Source: Isurus oxyrinchus (taxonomy: Eukaryota). Taken from it: a stretch of DNA of 64,000 bases. Position numbers and translations under genes: made by a program. Of the stretch, positions 11,130-20,800 are shown one piece after another (position 1 is the stretch's first letter; every line of letters begins with the position of its first letter). The notes under the pieces are model-generated. The model was not told the origin of the DNA, did not search any database, and saw only the letters and a list, made by a program, of their open reading frames with translations. The DNA is taken from positions 17,360,001-17,424,000 of the forward strand of contig JANJGN010000029.1 in assembly GCA_026770705.1 (NCBI GenBank), written 5' to 3'.

Positions 11130-11730
11130 TCATTGCCAGAACTTTCCAACAAGCACCAAGACGTAGCTTGGCTGGTGGTGAGAAAGGCCCTCCCCATCAG
11201 ATCCTTCCTACACGCCAGGAGTCTCACTCCCTCTGCACGTTGCCCTCGAGGTGGCTGTGGTGGGGATGAGACTGTTATTCACCTCTTTGTGGAATGTACC
11301 TTTGCAAAGAAGGTCTGGAGAGAGATGCAGTGGTGTTTGTCAAGTTCATCCCAAGCAGCTATGTGACACAGGACTCTGTGCTCTACGGGCTGTTCCCAGG
11401 GACACACACCGAGACAAACATCAACTGCAGCTGGAGGATCATCAACTCGGGGAAAGACGCTCTTTGGTCTGCCCGAAACTTGTTGGTCTTCCAGTGCAAA
11501 GAGTTGTCCCCGACCGAGTGTTGCAGACTGGCACATTCCAAGGCCCAGGACTATGTGCTGAGGGACGCACTAAAGCTTGGGGCAGCCACCGCAAAGGCGC
11601 AATGGGGAAAGGTCGCTGTCTAAGACCTTTCTGTCATAGGGCACCGAAGGGCTGGGAATTGTATAGACCCCTCGGACTGACATGAAATGTACGTTGCAAA
11701 TATCAAGAATATTGCAATTGTAATGAGGCA
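11130..11730 (+). mobile_element. L1/Tx1-clade LINE 3' fragment (ORF2 zf-RVT zinc knuckle), frameshifted
   Basis: AWLVVRKALP...CPRGGCGGDETVIHLFVECTFAKKVW followed in another frame by WRIINSGKDALWSARNLLVF. Confidence 0.85.
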
Positions 11731-12061
11731 TCTCACGGGAGGAACATGCTGACTGGAGAAAAGTTAAGTTCTGCTGCACTTTCTGTTTCAGAACACACAG
11801 ATGCTTTTTAAGCAGTCACCGGTAGGGAGGAGCTGTGTCCGCTAATTGAAGGCATTAGCTTTTTGATGGAGCCACACTTCCACGGAATGTCTTGCTGCAG
11901 GCCCTGTGAAGTTTGTCCTTCACTGCTCAAGGTACCTAAAGGGAGCAGGAAGCTTGGCTGCACTTACAGTAGCAAACGTCATCATAGGTATATCTATTAT
12001 CAGGAGGGGAGAGCAGGAGTAGTCAGTTGGTGAAGTTAGAGCAAAAGTGAGGAGGAACAAG

Positions 12062-12345
12062 TTTTTATTCTTTCATTGGATGTGGCGCCACTGGCGAGGC
12101 CAGCATTTGTTGCCCATGCCTAATTGCCCTTGAACTGAGTGGGCTTTTCCAAGGGCATTGTTCTGGGTCTGAAGTCACATGTAGGCCAGGCGAGGATGGT
12201 AGATTTCCTTCCTTAAAGGAGATCTGTAAACCAGGTGAGTTTTTAAAATTTATAATCGTTTCCTGATCACCATTACTAAGACTTGCATTATATTCCATTT
12301 TTATTAATTGAACTTAAATCCCACCAGCTACAAATAAGGATTTCA
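12062..12345 (-). mobile_element. tRNA-derived SINE with LINE-like tail (partial)
   Basis: Reverse-complement match to the 47770-48150 family. Confidence 0.7.
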
Positions 12346-12759
12346 GGCAGTTAAGGCTGCTGAATGGAGGGCTTGTCTGAGGATCCTTTCAGTTATTGAC
12401 CCCAGAGTTTTGTATCTCGCCTACCATCTATGGCAGTTCATTATCATTACATTTGAACATCCCAAGGTGCCTGTATGTTTGTGGTTTTCCACAATCCGCA
12501 ACCCTCATTTGTATGATTGTCTGACCACAACACGGAAAGACTCGTATCTATATAGGATCCTAGAATGGTACAGGAGGCGGCCATTCAGTCCATCGTGCCA
12601 CTGCTGTCAGCTCCTTGAAAGAGCTATCCAATTAGTCCCACTCCCATGTCCTTTCCCCATTGCCCTGCAAAATGTTCTCCTTCAAGAATTTATCCAATTG
12701 CCTTGAGAAAGATATTATTGAATCTGCTTTGCCCACCAACCTATTGGGCAATTCCACTC

Positions 12760-13075
12760 TCACAACCTCAGGATGGCCCAAGACACTTTCCAGCCAATGA
12801 ATATCCTTTCAAGTGAAGTCACTGCTGTGAAGTAGGAAACATGGCAGACAACTTGTGCACAGTAAGCTCCCACAAACAGCAATTAATTAAATGATAATCC
12901 GTTTCACGTGTTGGTTGGGAGATAAATATCGATCAGGACACCGTGAGAATTCCCGTGTTCGTATTCAAAATAGCGCCATGGGATCCTTTGATTCCACCTG
13001 CGAGGGCAGACAGGGCCTCATCAGAAAGATGGCACCTCCAACAGGGTAGCACTCCCTCAGTCCTGGAATGTCAGT
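12760..13075 (-). mobile_element. DeuSINE-like (SacSINE1/AmnSINE-type) element
   Basis: Reverse complement of attgctgtttgtgggagcttgctgtgc.caaattggctgc...cattggct. Family name from memory. Confidence 0.6.
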
Positions 13076-13334
13076 CAGTATAATCAGCTTAAGTCCCCTC
13101 TGATCACTATGTGTAGTTGTCTGGCTATCTGCAGATCTGGCACAAATCTCCTCCTGGAGAGTTAGCCAGCTCCACACATCATATTTCAACTCTTTCCTAT
13201 CCAAGCAAACACTACACAGCATTAAAAAAGGAGTAAAGGTCAATGCCGTAGTGATCTCTGCTGTAAGGAGAAATCCATAACCATCAGATGGTGACTAAAT
13301 CCAGATCGCTTGTGACCCATAAGCCTATAATATT

Positions 13335-13789
13335 GTCTGTGACATCTTTTGATGATCTGTTTCTATCACTGCTTGCTTGTCCCTACAACCACACCAANNN
13401 NNNNNNNNNNNNNNNNNNNNNNNNNNNNNNNNNNNNNNNNNNNNNNNNNNNNNNNNNNNNNNNNNNNNNNNNNNNNNNNNNNNNNNNNNNNNNNNNNNNN
13501 NNNNNNNNNNNNNNNNNNNNNNNNNNNNNNNNNNNNNNNNNNNNNNNNNNNNNNNNNNNNNNNNNNNNNNNNNNNNNNNNNNNNNNNNNNNNNNNNNNNN
13601 NNNNNNNNNNNNNNNNNNNNNNNNNNNNNNNNNNNNNNNNTTCCTATGTCTACTTAGTTCTGTCGAAGGGTCATGAGGACTCGAAACGTCAACTCTTTTC
13701 TTCTCCGCCGATGCTGCCAGACCTGCTGAGCTTTTCCAGGTAATTCTGTTTTTGTTTTGGATTTCCAGCATCCGCAGTTTTTTGTTTTT
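13335..13789 (+). mobile_element. Young Penelope-type short element spanning the assembly gap, with 13-bp TSD
   Basis: Direct repeat agcctataatatt at 13322-13334 and 13790-13802. The 3' part is nearly identical to 37166-37300 and includes ctgtcga-agggtc-atgag-gactc-gaaacgtc. Confidence 0.7.
13398..13640. other. Assembly gap (243 N)
   Basis: Run of N. Confidence 1.
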
Positions 13790-13919
13790 AGCCTATAATA
13801 TTTTCCATTCAGGCCCAAACATGGCACTGAGGGTAAATTCAGCATTCCCACCCTCCCAGTAAGTAGTCCCACTCAAGGAGTGAGATCCCACATATGGCAG
13901 TAACACAGTCCGAGCCGTC

Positions 13920-14665
13920 CTCTCTTCAAGTGCCTTTGGTTCCTCCCTACTAACTCCATTTTCTAGCCACTGACTCCATCCCTTTCTCTGGTGACTCTCT
14001 GAATCTGAAAGAGACTATTTGCAACCTTGGTGTCACATTTGAGCTTCCAACCACATTAAAACTGCTTATCCGCCTCCTTAGCTTCACCCAAGTCCTCCCC
14101 TGCCTCAGCTTATCTGCTGCTGACATCCTGATTCATGCCTCTGTAACCTCTCTAGACTTGACTATTTCAACGTACCCCTGGTCTCCCACATTCTACCTTC
14201 CACAAACTTGAGGTCTTCCAATGCTCTGCTGTCCGTGTTCTAGCTCTCAGCAGGTTCTCTTCAACCTTAAACCCCGCTGCTCGCTGACAAACATTGTCTC
14301 CCGGTTAAGCAGGACCTCGATTATAAAATTCCTATCCTTATTTTCAAATCCCTCCATGCTGGCCTCACATCGTTCTATCTCTGTAACCTCCTCCAGCCTA
14401 CAATCTTGCAAGGTCTCTGCGCTCTTCTAATTCTGCCTGATTTTAATCACTCCACAATTGGCAGCCATACCTTCAGCTGCCTACAAGGCCCCAAGCTCTG
14501 GGATCTCTATCTCTCTCTTCCTTTAGGATGATCCTTTAAACTCCTCTTTGACCAAGATTTCGGCCATCTGTGGCTCAATGCCAAATTTTGCTCCATAATG
14601 CTCCTGAGAAGCTCCTTGGGACATCTTATTATATCAAAGGTGCTATATAAATACAATTGTTGGTA
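13920..14665 (+). mobile_element. L2-type LINE 3' fragment
   Basis: ctgattcatgcc...acctc..agacttgactattt (IHA...SRLDY-like) and the tail aaaggtgctatataaatacaattgttg. Confidence 0.7.
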
Positions 14666-14754
14666 TCGTGTGACCTCAACACTGTGACAGAACTAAATTC
14701 TCACTTAGTCATTTGGTAGTACAGAACTTGAATGTTGCTGAAAGAAAAAAAGAG

Positions 14755-14794
14755 ACACGTCAAAGCTTTTCTTCTTGCACTCATCAGGACACAT
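14755..14794 (-). ncRNA. Minimal type-I hammerhead ribozyme motif (Penelope-associated type), probably impaired
   Basis: Minus strand reads atgtgtc-CTGATGA-gtgcaagaa-GAAA-agct-TT-gacgtgt. Both core boxes are intact, stem I is gtc/gac plus G-U pairs, and stem III is the palindrome AAAGCTTT. The stem II closing pair is G-A rather than G-C. Confidence 0.6.
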
Positions 14795-15380
14795 CGCAAG
14801 AATACTGATACAAGGGGAAAACAACAATTTATACTGTATGTGAAGAGAGAGCTGATTCATTGGCAAATGGACTCTCATTGGTAGCGGCGTTGCCATGATA
14901 ATTATCCAGTGAAGGTAACTTACAGTTAACTGCCAAGCATTGTTTGAAATTTAAAGCAGATAGCTTGACCTTGATTGGTCAAGGCATTGCTCTGAGGAAT
15001 GACACAGCGAATGGCTGTCACTTTTTTTGTTTAGCTGTTATAGTAGCGACCAATGTTAATCCAAGGCAGTTCAGACGTGTGCCTGTTAATTCAGTTCTTA
15101 TGTGCTGCTACCCAGATGCAGTTCCAACCACTTCACAATTATTCAGCAGCAACAATTGAACGAAATGAACAGAACAGTATCAAAGTTAATTACCATCATT
15201 TTAGTAGCAGAAAATTAAAAAAGAATTTAATTTTCTCCTCAGCCCTCCTCTAATCCTGAAGACTTTTCTCTTTTCTAGATTATGGATAACATATAGAAAG
15301 CCCCTCAGAGAAAATAAGTTATTAATATTTATGTATAGACTTTAAATAGCAAGGAGACAAATTGTTGCTTTTGTTCTGTA

Positions 15381-15398
15381 GGCCTGCAGAGGGCACTC
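15381..15398 (+). promoter_or_regulatory. CTCF-like motif ggCCTGCAGAGGGCACTc (paralogous site at 6987-7005)
   Basis: Matches the CTCF core CC(A/T)GCAG(A/G)GGGC(A/G)C and sits in a duplicated module of about 190 bp. Confidence 0.5.
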
Positions 15399-15809
15399 CA
15401 GTTGGCTTTGGCCAACTAATCCTATTGAAAACTAGCAAATCAGAGTCTGTTGGTGTGAGCCGATGAGGTCATAGAGAGAGTGAAACAGGATCTGTGAAAG
15501 TGGATAACAAGCAATGACTCTGATATTTATAATTGTAATCAAGAGGATAATAAACGGAGCCAGCCACAAAACACACCCATGAACACAGTAAACAGCACTT
15601 AAGTGATGACAACTCTCTCCCAGCAATGTTTCCCTTTCTACCAGGTCTTATTTTATAGGGAAGTGATAAGAGGTCCGAGGAAACAGTAAAATGAATAAGA
15701 GAATGAAATAGACTGGGGTCAATGGAGAGGTGTGTCACAGTCCCATTAACAGAATGCATTGATTTTGAAATTGGGGTATTGCTAGTTTTGTTGTTTGATT
15801 AGCTCCTTG

Positions 15810-16410
15810 AGCCTGTTCTGCCATTCAATGAGAACATGATTTGCACCTTGGCTCCATTTACTCTGTTGTGTGTCCAAAGAAAAATCTATCCATTTCAATC
15901 TTGAAAGTTCCATTTGGCCCCCAGCATCCAGTTATTTGTGGTTGGGTAGGGGGGAGGGGCAAGGGGTTTCTACCATCCTTTGTGTGTGACGGATGCTTCC
16001 CGTCTTCCCACCTGAATGTCTTAAGCTCTAATTTTAGGATCATGGCCCCTTGTTTTTGATAGGAGCATCAGAGGAAATGTCTTCCCTGTTGAAAAATTTG
16101 GCATTCTTTGATTGAATCACCCTTCCATCTTCCACACTCAAGGAACTGTGAGCCAAGCAACCTGCCCTCATGAGTTGACCCTCCAAGCCGTGGTATCATT
16201 CCACTGAATCTGCACTGCTTCCCCTCTAAGCCAATCAATCTTTTCTGAGGTACGGTGCTCAGAACTGAACACAGTTCTCCAGGTGGGTCTGACTGATACC
16301 CTATACAATCGAAATGTACCTTCCCCTGCTTTATAAGCCGGCTCCCTCGAGATAAAGGCCCACATTCCAGTAGTGGTTTTGATTGTTATTTTTGTACCTG
16401 TCTACTGTCT
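15810..16410 (-). mobile_element. Old CR1 3' fragment
   Basis: gagcctgttctgccattcaatgag, cagaactgaacacagttctccagg, and remnant translation AFISRE..YK...LYRVSVRP. Confidence 0.65.
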
Positions 16411-17854
16411 TTCAATGGCTTGGAACAAAACAAATGGGGATGTGCTGAGGCGTTAACAAATCAGTAATTTTCACAGTGCGAGCCTATTGTTGTGCTTTTG
16501 AGTTCTCAATCTCCGTTTTCTCTTCCTTATTCCCCAGTAGACAGGGCAGTATAACAAAATGCTCAGCTCTTGAACTATACTACACCTCTTTCCCGCCAAA
16601 CTAAACCTCTCCCTCAGTCGCCAAGTATATCTCTTTCACCTTTTCCACTCCCCTCCCCACCCCCAGCATCTACATTCTGCCCAAAGGTGACATCACTTGC
16701 AGACATGAAGTCAGCTTCCACATGTACACTGACAGCACCCAACTTTACCTCTCCCCACTCTCTCGTCTGGCCCTCTCCATACCTCTACGATTGGTCATAC
16801 CTCCCTACACTGGTCATTATTTCCGGCTATGGTTCACATCCTTGGTATCCTATTTGACCCCCGCTTCCCATCTTATATCCTGTCTATCACAAAAATCTGC
16901 TACTCCCTACCCTCTTTATCAAGGTTTGCATACGCCTGTAAACAGAGCTCATCTGCTGCTGAGTCCCTCATCCCTGCCAGTCGCTTCCACACTCAACTTT
17001 ACTTTTAATCTTGGGATTTGGGAATCACTGACAACATTCCTAGTCCCTCAAAGCTTCCGATTTAAAATTTCTTATTCCCTCACTGTCCTCGAGGTGGTGG
17101 GTCTTTCACTGGATTGCTGCAGTCCATCTGGAGATGGCAAAGCCACAGTGCTCTTATTGGGGAGTTCCAAGATTTTAACTCAATGATGAAGGAACAGGAT
17201 AGATAGCCAAGTCATGACTATTCCAATGCTGTCCTTGTTGATCTTCCATGCTCCATAAACTTCAGCTCATCCAAGGCTCTCCGGACCATAACCTAACCCA
17301 AGCCAAGCCCCTCTCACCTATGACACCTTACCTTGTGGACCAACATGTGCTCCCAATTTCTCAATGTCTCCAATTTTAAATTCTCATCCTTGTGTTTAAA
17401 TCCTTTGAAATCTTTACCCCTCACTATTTCTGGAATTTCCTCTTACTTTGCACCCTGCACCCTGCACCCCCTCACACCCGCCCCCGCCACCCCCCCCCCC
17501 CATCCCCCACCACACCCATTCCTCAAACTCTGGCCTTTTGTGCATCCCTTCACCCCAGATTGCCAGCTGTGTCTTCAGTTGCCAAGACCTCATAATCTGG
17601 AGTTCCCTCATTAATCCCTTCACTTCTCCACCTTTAAGACGCTCCTTAAAACTCAGCTCTTTCACCAAACTTTTCATCTTCCCACCTAACACCTCTTTCA
17701 TTGGTTCAACACCCTGGGACGTTTTTCTATGTTATATGTGCTACATACCTAAAAATAATTTATTGTGATTATCAGTTGGCCAGTACAACACAGAGTAAGT
17801 ATTTTCAATTCATTCTTGGGCATTGCTGACAAGGCTGGCATTTATTACCCATCC

Positions 17855-18230
17855 ATCTGAATCAGAAGGTTGTGGTTCAAGACCCACTCCAGGGGCCAAG
17901 CACAAAACTCTAGGCTGATCCTCCAGTGCAGTCCTGCATGAGTGCTGTATTGTTGGAGCTGCTGCCTTTCAGATGAGACATTATTTTGAAGAAGAGGGAG
18001 AAGTTTTCACTGGTGTTCTGGCCAATATTTATCCTCAGTCAGCACCACAAAAACAACAGATGATCTGGTCATTATTACATTGCTGCTTGTGGGATCTTGC
18101 TGTGTGAAAATTGGCTGTCATGTTCCTATATTGCAACAATGGCGACACTTCAGAAGTACCTCACTGGCTGCAAAAAGCACTTTTGGACTCTTGAGATCAT
18201 AAAAGGTGCTATATAAATTCAAGTGTTATC
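17855..18230 (+). mobile_element. DeuSINE-like element
   Basis: tRNA-like head (gaaggttgtggttcaagaccc), central attgctgcttgtgggatcttgctgtg domain and aaaggtgctatataaat tail. Confidence 0.7.
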
Positions 18231-19715
18231 TTATTTGATACAATTTAGGTATCTTCAGGTAGGAGTCAATGAGGACTAATGGTTGTTTCCTAACTAGACA
18301 GAATATTACTTTAAATTACATTGAGAGAGTAGGGCAAGGGAATACATGTTAAAATTAGTAAAAGGCAAATTTAAGCCTAATATCACAAATGTTTCAAACA
18401 AAGCCTGACTCCTGGATAAAGTCATATGGCCAAGAATCACTGAAGAACTAACTGGATGCTGCAAAGTGTAGCTATAAACATATCATCAGTGAAAAGAATT
18501 AAAAATCTCCATATCCCTTTGTGCACATTAAAAAGTGCAAAGATCAGCTTAAAACTATGTACAGCAATGTACAATGTCATTCCTTCAGTCCATTTTCTTA
18601 CTTTGGTTACCTGGGGTGTGAGGGGTTGAATGCTTCTCCTTATTCCAAAGGCTGAGAGGGAAGATGAGAGATTTCTTCACATTGAAGGTCTTCATGATTT
18701 GGGATGCACTACCTAAAAATCTGGTAAAATCAGATCCCATAATCATTTCCATTAGGGACCAGGACTTGATGAGGACTATTTGCAGGGTTATGGGAAAAAA
18801 GCTGGTGCGTGGGATCAAATTGGACATGTCTTTCAAAGAGCTAGCAGAGGCAAGAGGGGCCAAATGGCCTCTTTCTATGATTAAAAAGAAAACTGGCATT
18901 TATCTAAGCGCATTTCACCTCAGCCCACCCCAAAGTACTTAGCAGCCAATTAAATACTTTTGAAGTGTAGTCCCTGTTGTAATGCAGCAAACGCGGCAGC
19001 CAATTTTGCGCACAGCATGATCCCACAGACAAGCATGTGGTAATGGCTGGATAATGTGTGTGTTTTGCGCTGTGAGATTCTATACATTGTGAGCTCATGC
19101 AGAACATTCTGGCTTCCACGTCGATGGGTTCAATGTATACACGTAATATATGACCAACCGGGGTTACATTGTCAGAGAGGAAACTGGGTCAATTGATTTT
19201 CAAAGAGTTCCAGAGGGTGGGAGACAATCACACCACCCCCCCCCCCCCCCCCCCCCAACTCCCTGGCTGTGAATCAGGGAGGCACAATGCAGAAAGGGTG
19301 GTGGGGGGGATCGGTCATCAGTGAGACGCCTCTGAGGAGGTTGAGAGGTCCCCTCTAGATGGTGCTATGCGTGAAGGCAACAGGACACCTGAAGCAATGA
19401 CGAATTAGGCAGAGACCAGCCTCCAGCCCCCAGCGCAGTGTGAGTCAGCGCAGTACCTGGATCCGAAAGCCGGCAGAAGGAGGGGAGGAGGTAAGCGGCG
19501 GGGCAAAGGCAAGGAGGGGATGAAGTGAAATGAGAGCTCTTTCTCCAGGCATGGTCTGCGACTCCCACTCAACACGCCCGTGGAGCCGAAGTTGAAACCG
19601 AAGGAGGACCAGCCGTGGCGCAGAGAGGTGGTGGGGGGAAAAAAATATATATATTTACTGGCTCTACTTGCCCGGTTTGCCCCGACGCTGCGGATGGCCG
19701 CTCTTTCCTCCTGCT

Positions 19716-19845
19716 AGGGTAGATGTGGATGAAATGAGGAAGACTTTCCTTGTCCCGGAGATCAAGCCTTTGGATCAGTACGATTTTTCAAGAGCCAAGA
19801 TCGCAGGAAGCCTATCGTGGCTCCTGTCCAAATCCTATGGATCAG
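19716..19845 (+). CDS. CAMSAP3: First coding exon of a calmodulin-regulated spectrin-associated protein (CAMSAP3-like); first in-frame ATG at 19734, homologous start position 19716 reads AGG
   Basis: Translates (R)VDVDEMRKTFLVPEIKPLDQYDFSRAKIAGSLSWLLSKSYGS, matching the CAMSAP2/3 N-terminus. FLVPEIK.LDQYDFSRAK..SL.W favours CAMSAP3 over CAMSAP2. Phase-1 donor TCAG|gtacat at 19845/19846 is where CAMSAP intron 1 is expected. Family call is strong, paralog call moderate. Confidence 0.85.
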
Positions 19846-20764
19846 GTACATGATTTGTTATGGGAGCCTGTTCTCTTATTGTTTGATAGGGAGGAGGGAG
19901 GGGGGACAGTGAACAGAGAAATCGCTCCTGGTAATGCGCAACCGGAAGATGGTCTCATTAAAACAAAACTAGCGGCATTGAACCCTGTCCTGCAGTCCCT
20001 GAACTCCCGAGTTGGGGGTAGAATGTATCAAGCGAGGGAGGGAGGAGGAGGGGAGGGGGAAGAATCCCATTTTTATTTCAACCCTCCTCCTCCTCCTCCT
20101 TTCCCCCCCCCCCCCCAAAAAAAACAGTTACTTGATTATTTTTTTAATGGTACCTTTAATTTGCTTTCTCCCTCCCTCCCTGTACAGTGAATACATTGGA
20201 AGCTTATTTTCGCTGGGTCTTGTGCGGCTGGACCCTCGGCTGCGCTGGTGCTTGATTTATGGGCCATTGTTAACGAGGGCTCCCGAATCAGTTCCAGACC
20301 ATCATTCGGGGCTGGACGAATCCAAGGCAAAAAAAAACCCCCACTCATTGTTAAGATCTGCCTCGAACCGTGCGTTTGCGATGCGTTATTGATCTAATGC
20401 ATTCGGGGCTAAACCATTTAATTAAACTGGTTAAGAGGATTAAGAAGCAGCCCTGAACTGGGTTGGTGTGTGTGTGTGTTTTCTCTATCTGTCTGTCTCT
20501 CTATCTCCTCGGGCTGGCTGTGTGAAATTAAATGGCCTTATTTATTTATTTGTTTGTTTGTTTGTTTTTGGGGAAGAAAAAAGGCGCTTGTTGGCCGGGA
20601 ATTAAAATAAAATAAACCCATGAACGCCTTTCCCTGATTTTTGTTTTTGTAAAGGGGACAGGTCCCAATGTGTAATTGCAAGAACGCGACCTCGGTGTCG
20701 GTTTCACCTGGTGAAATTGACAGCCGGTCGGTTAGAGGCGAGCGGGATTGTAATGGAGTTAGTG

Positions 20765-20800
20765 CCCCCAGTCCCAACCCCAACCCCAACCCCAGTCCCA
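20765..20800 (-). repeat. Hexamer repeat (CCCAAC/CCCAGT)n with G-quadruplex potential
   Basis: cccccagtcccaaccccaaccccaaccccagtccca; the minus strand has six G-runs of three or more. Confidence 0.8.

Noticed and set aside
13288-13771. ORFs spanning the N run, and the poly-HT/CV ORFs at 55000-55200
   Set aside because: Artefacts of the gap and the CA microsatellite.
14889-14902. Additional X-box GTTGCCATGATAAT
   Set aside because: It lies inside the hammerhead-bearing repeat and has a poor second half-site, so it was not counted.
15432-15626. Transmembrane-like ORF (VLWLAPFIILLITII)
   Set aside because: No ATG start or convincing splice sites, it lies upstream of the Ig leader (wrong order for that gene's TM exon), and AT-rich DNA readily gives hydrophobic translations.
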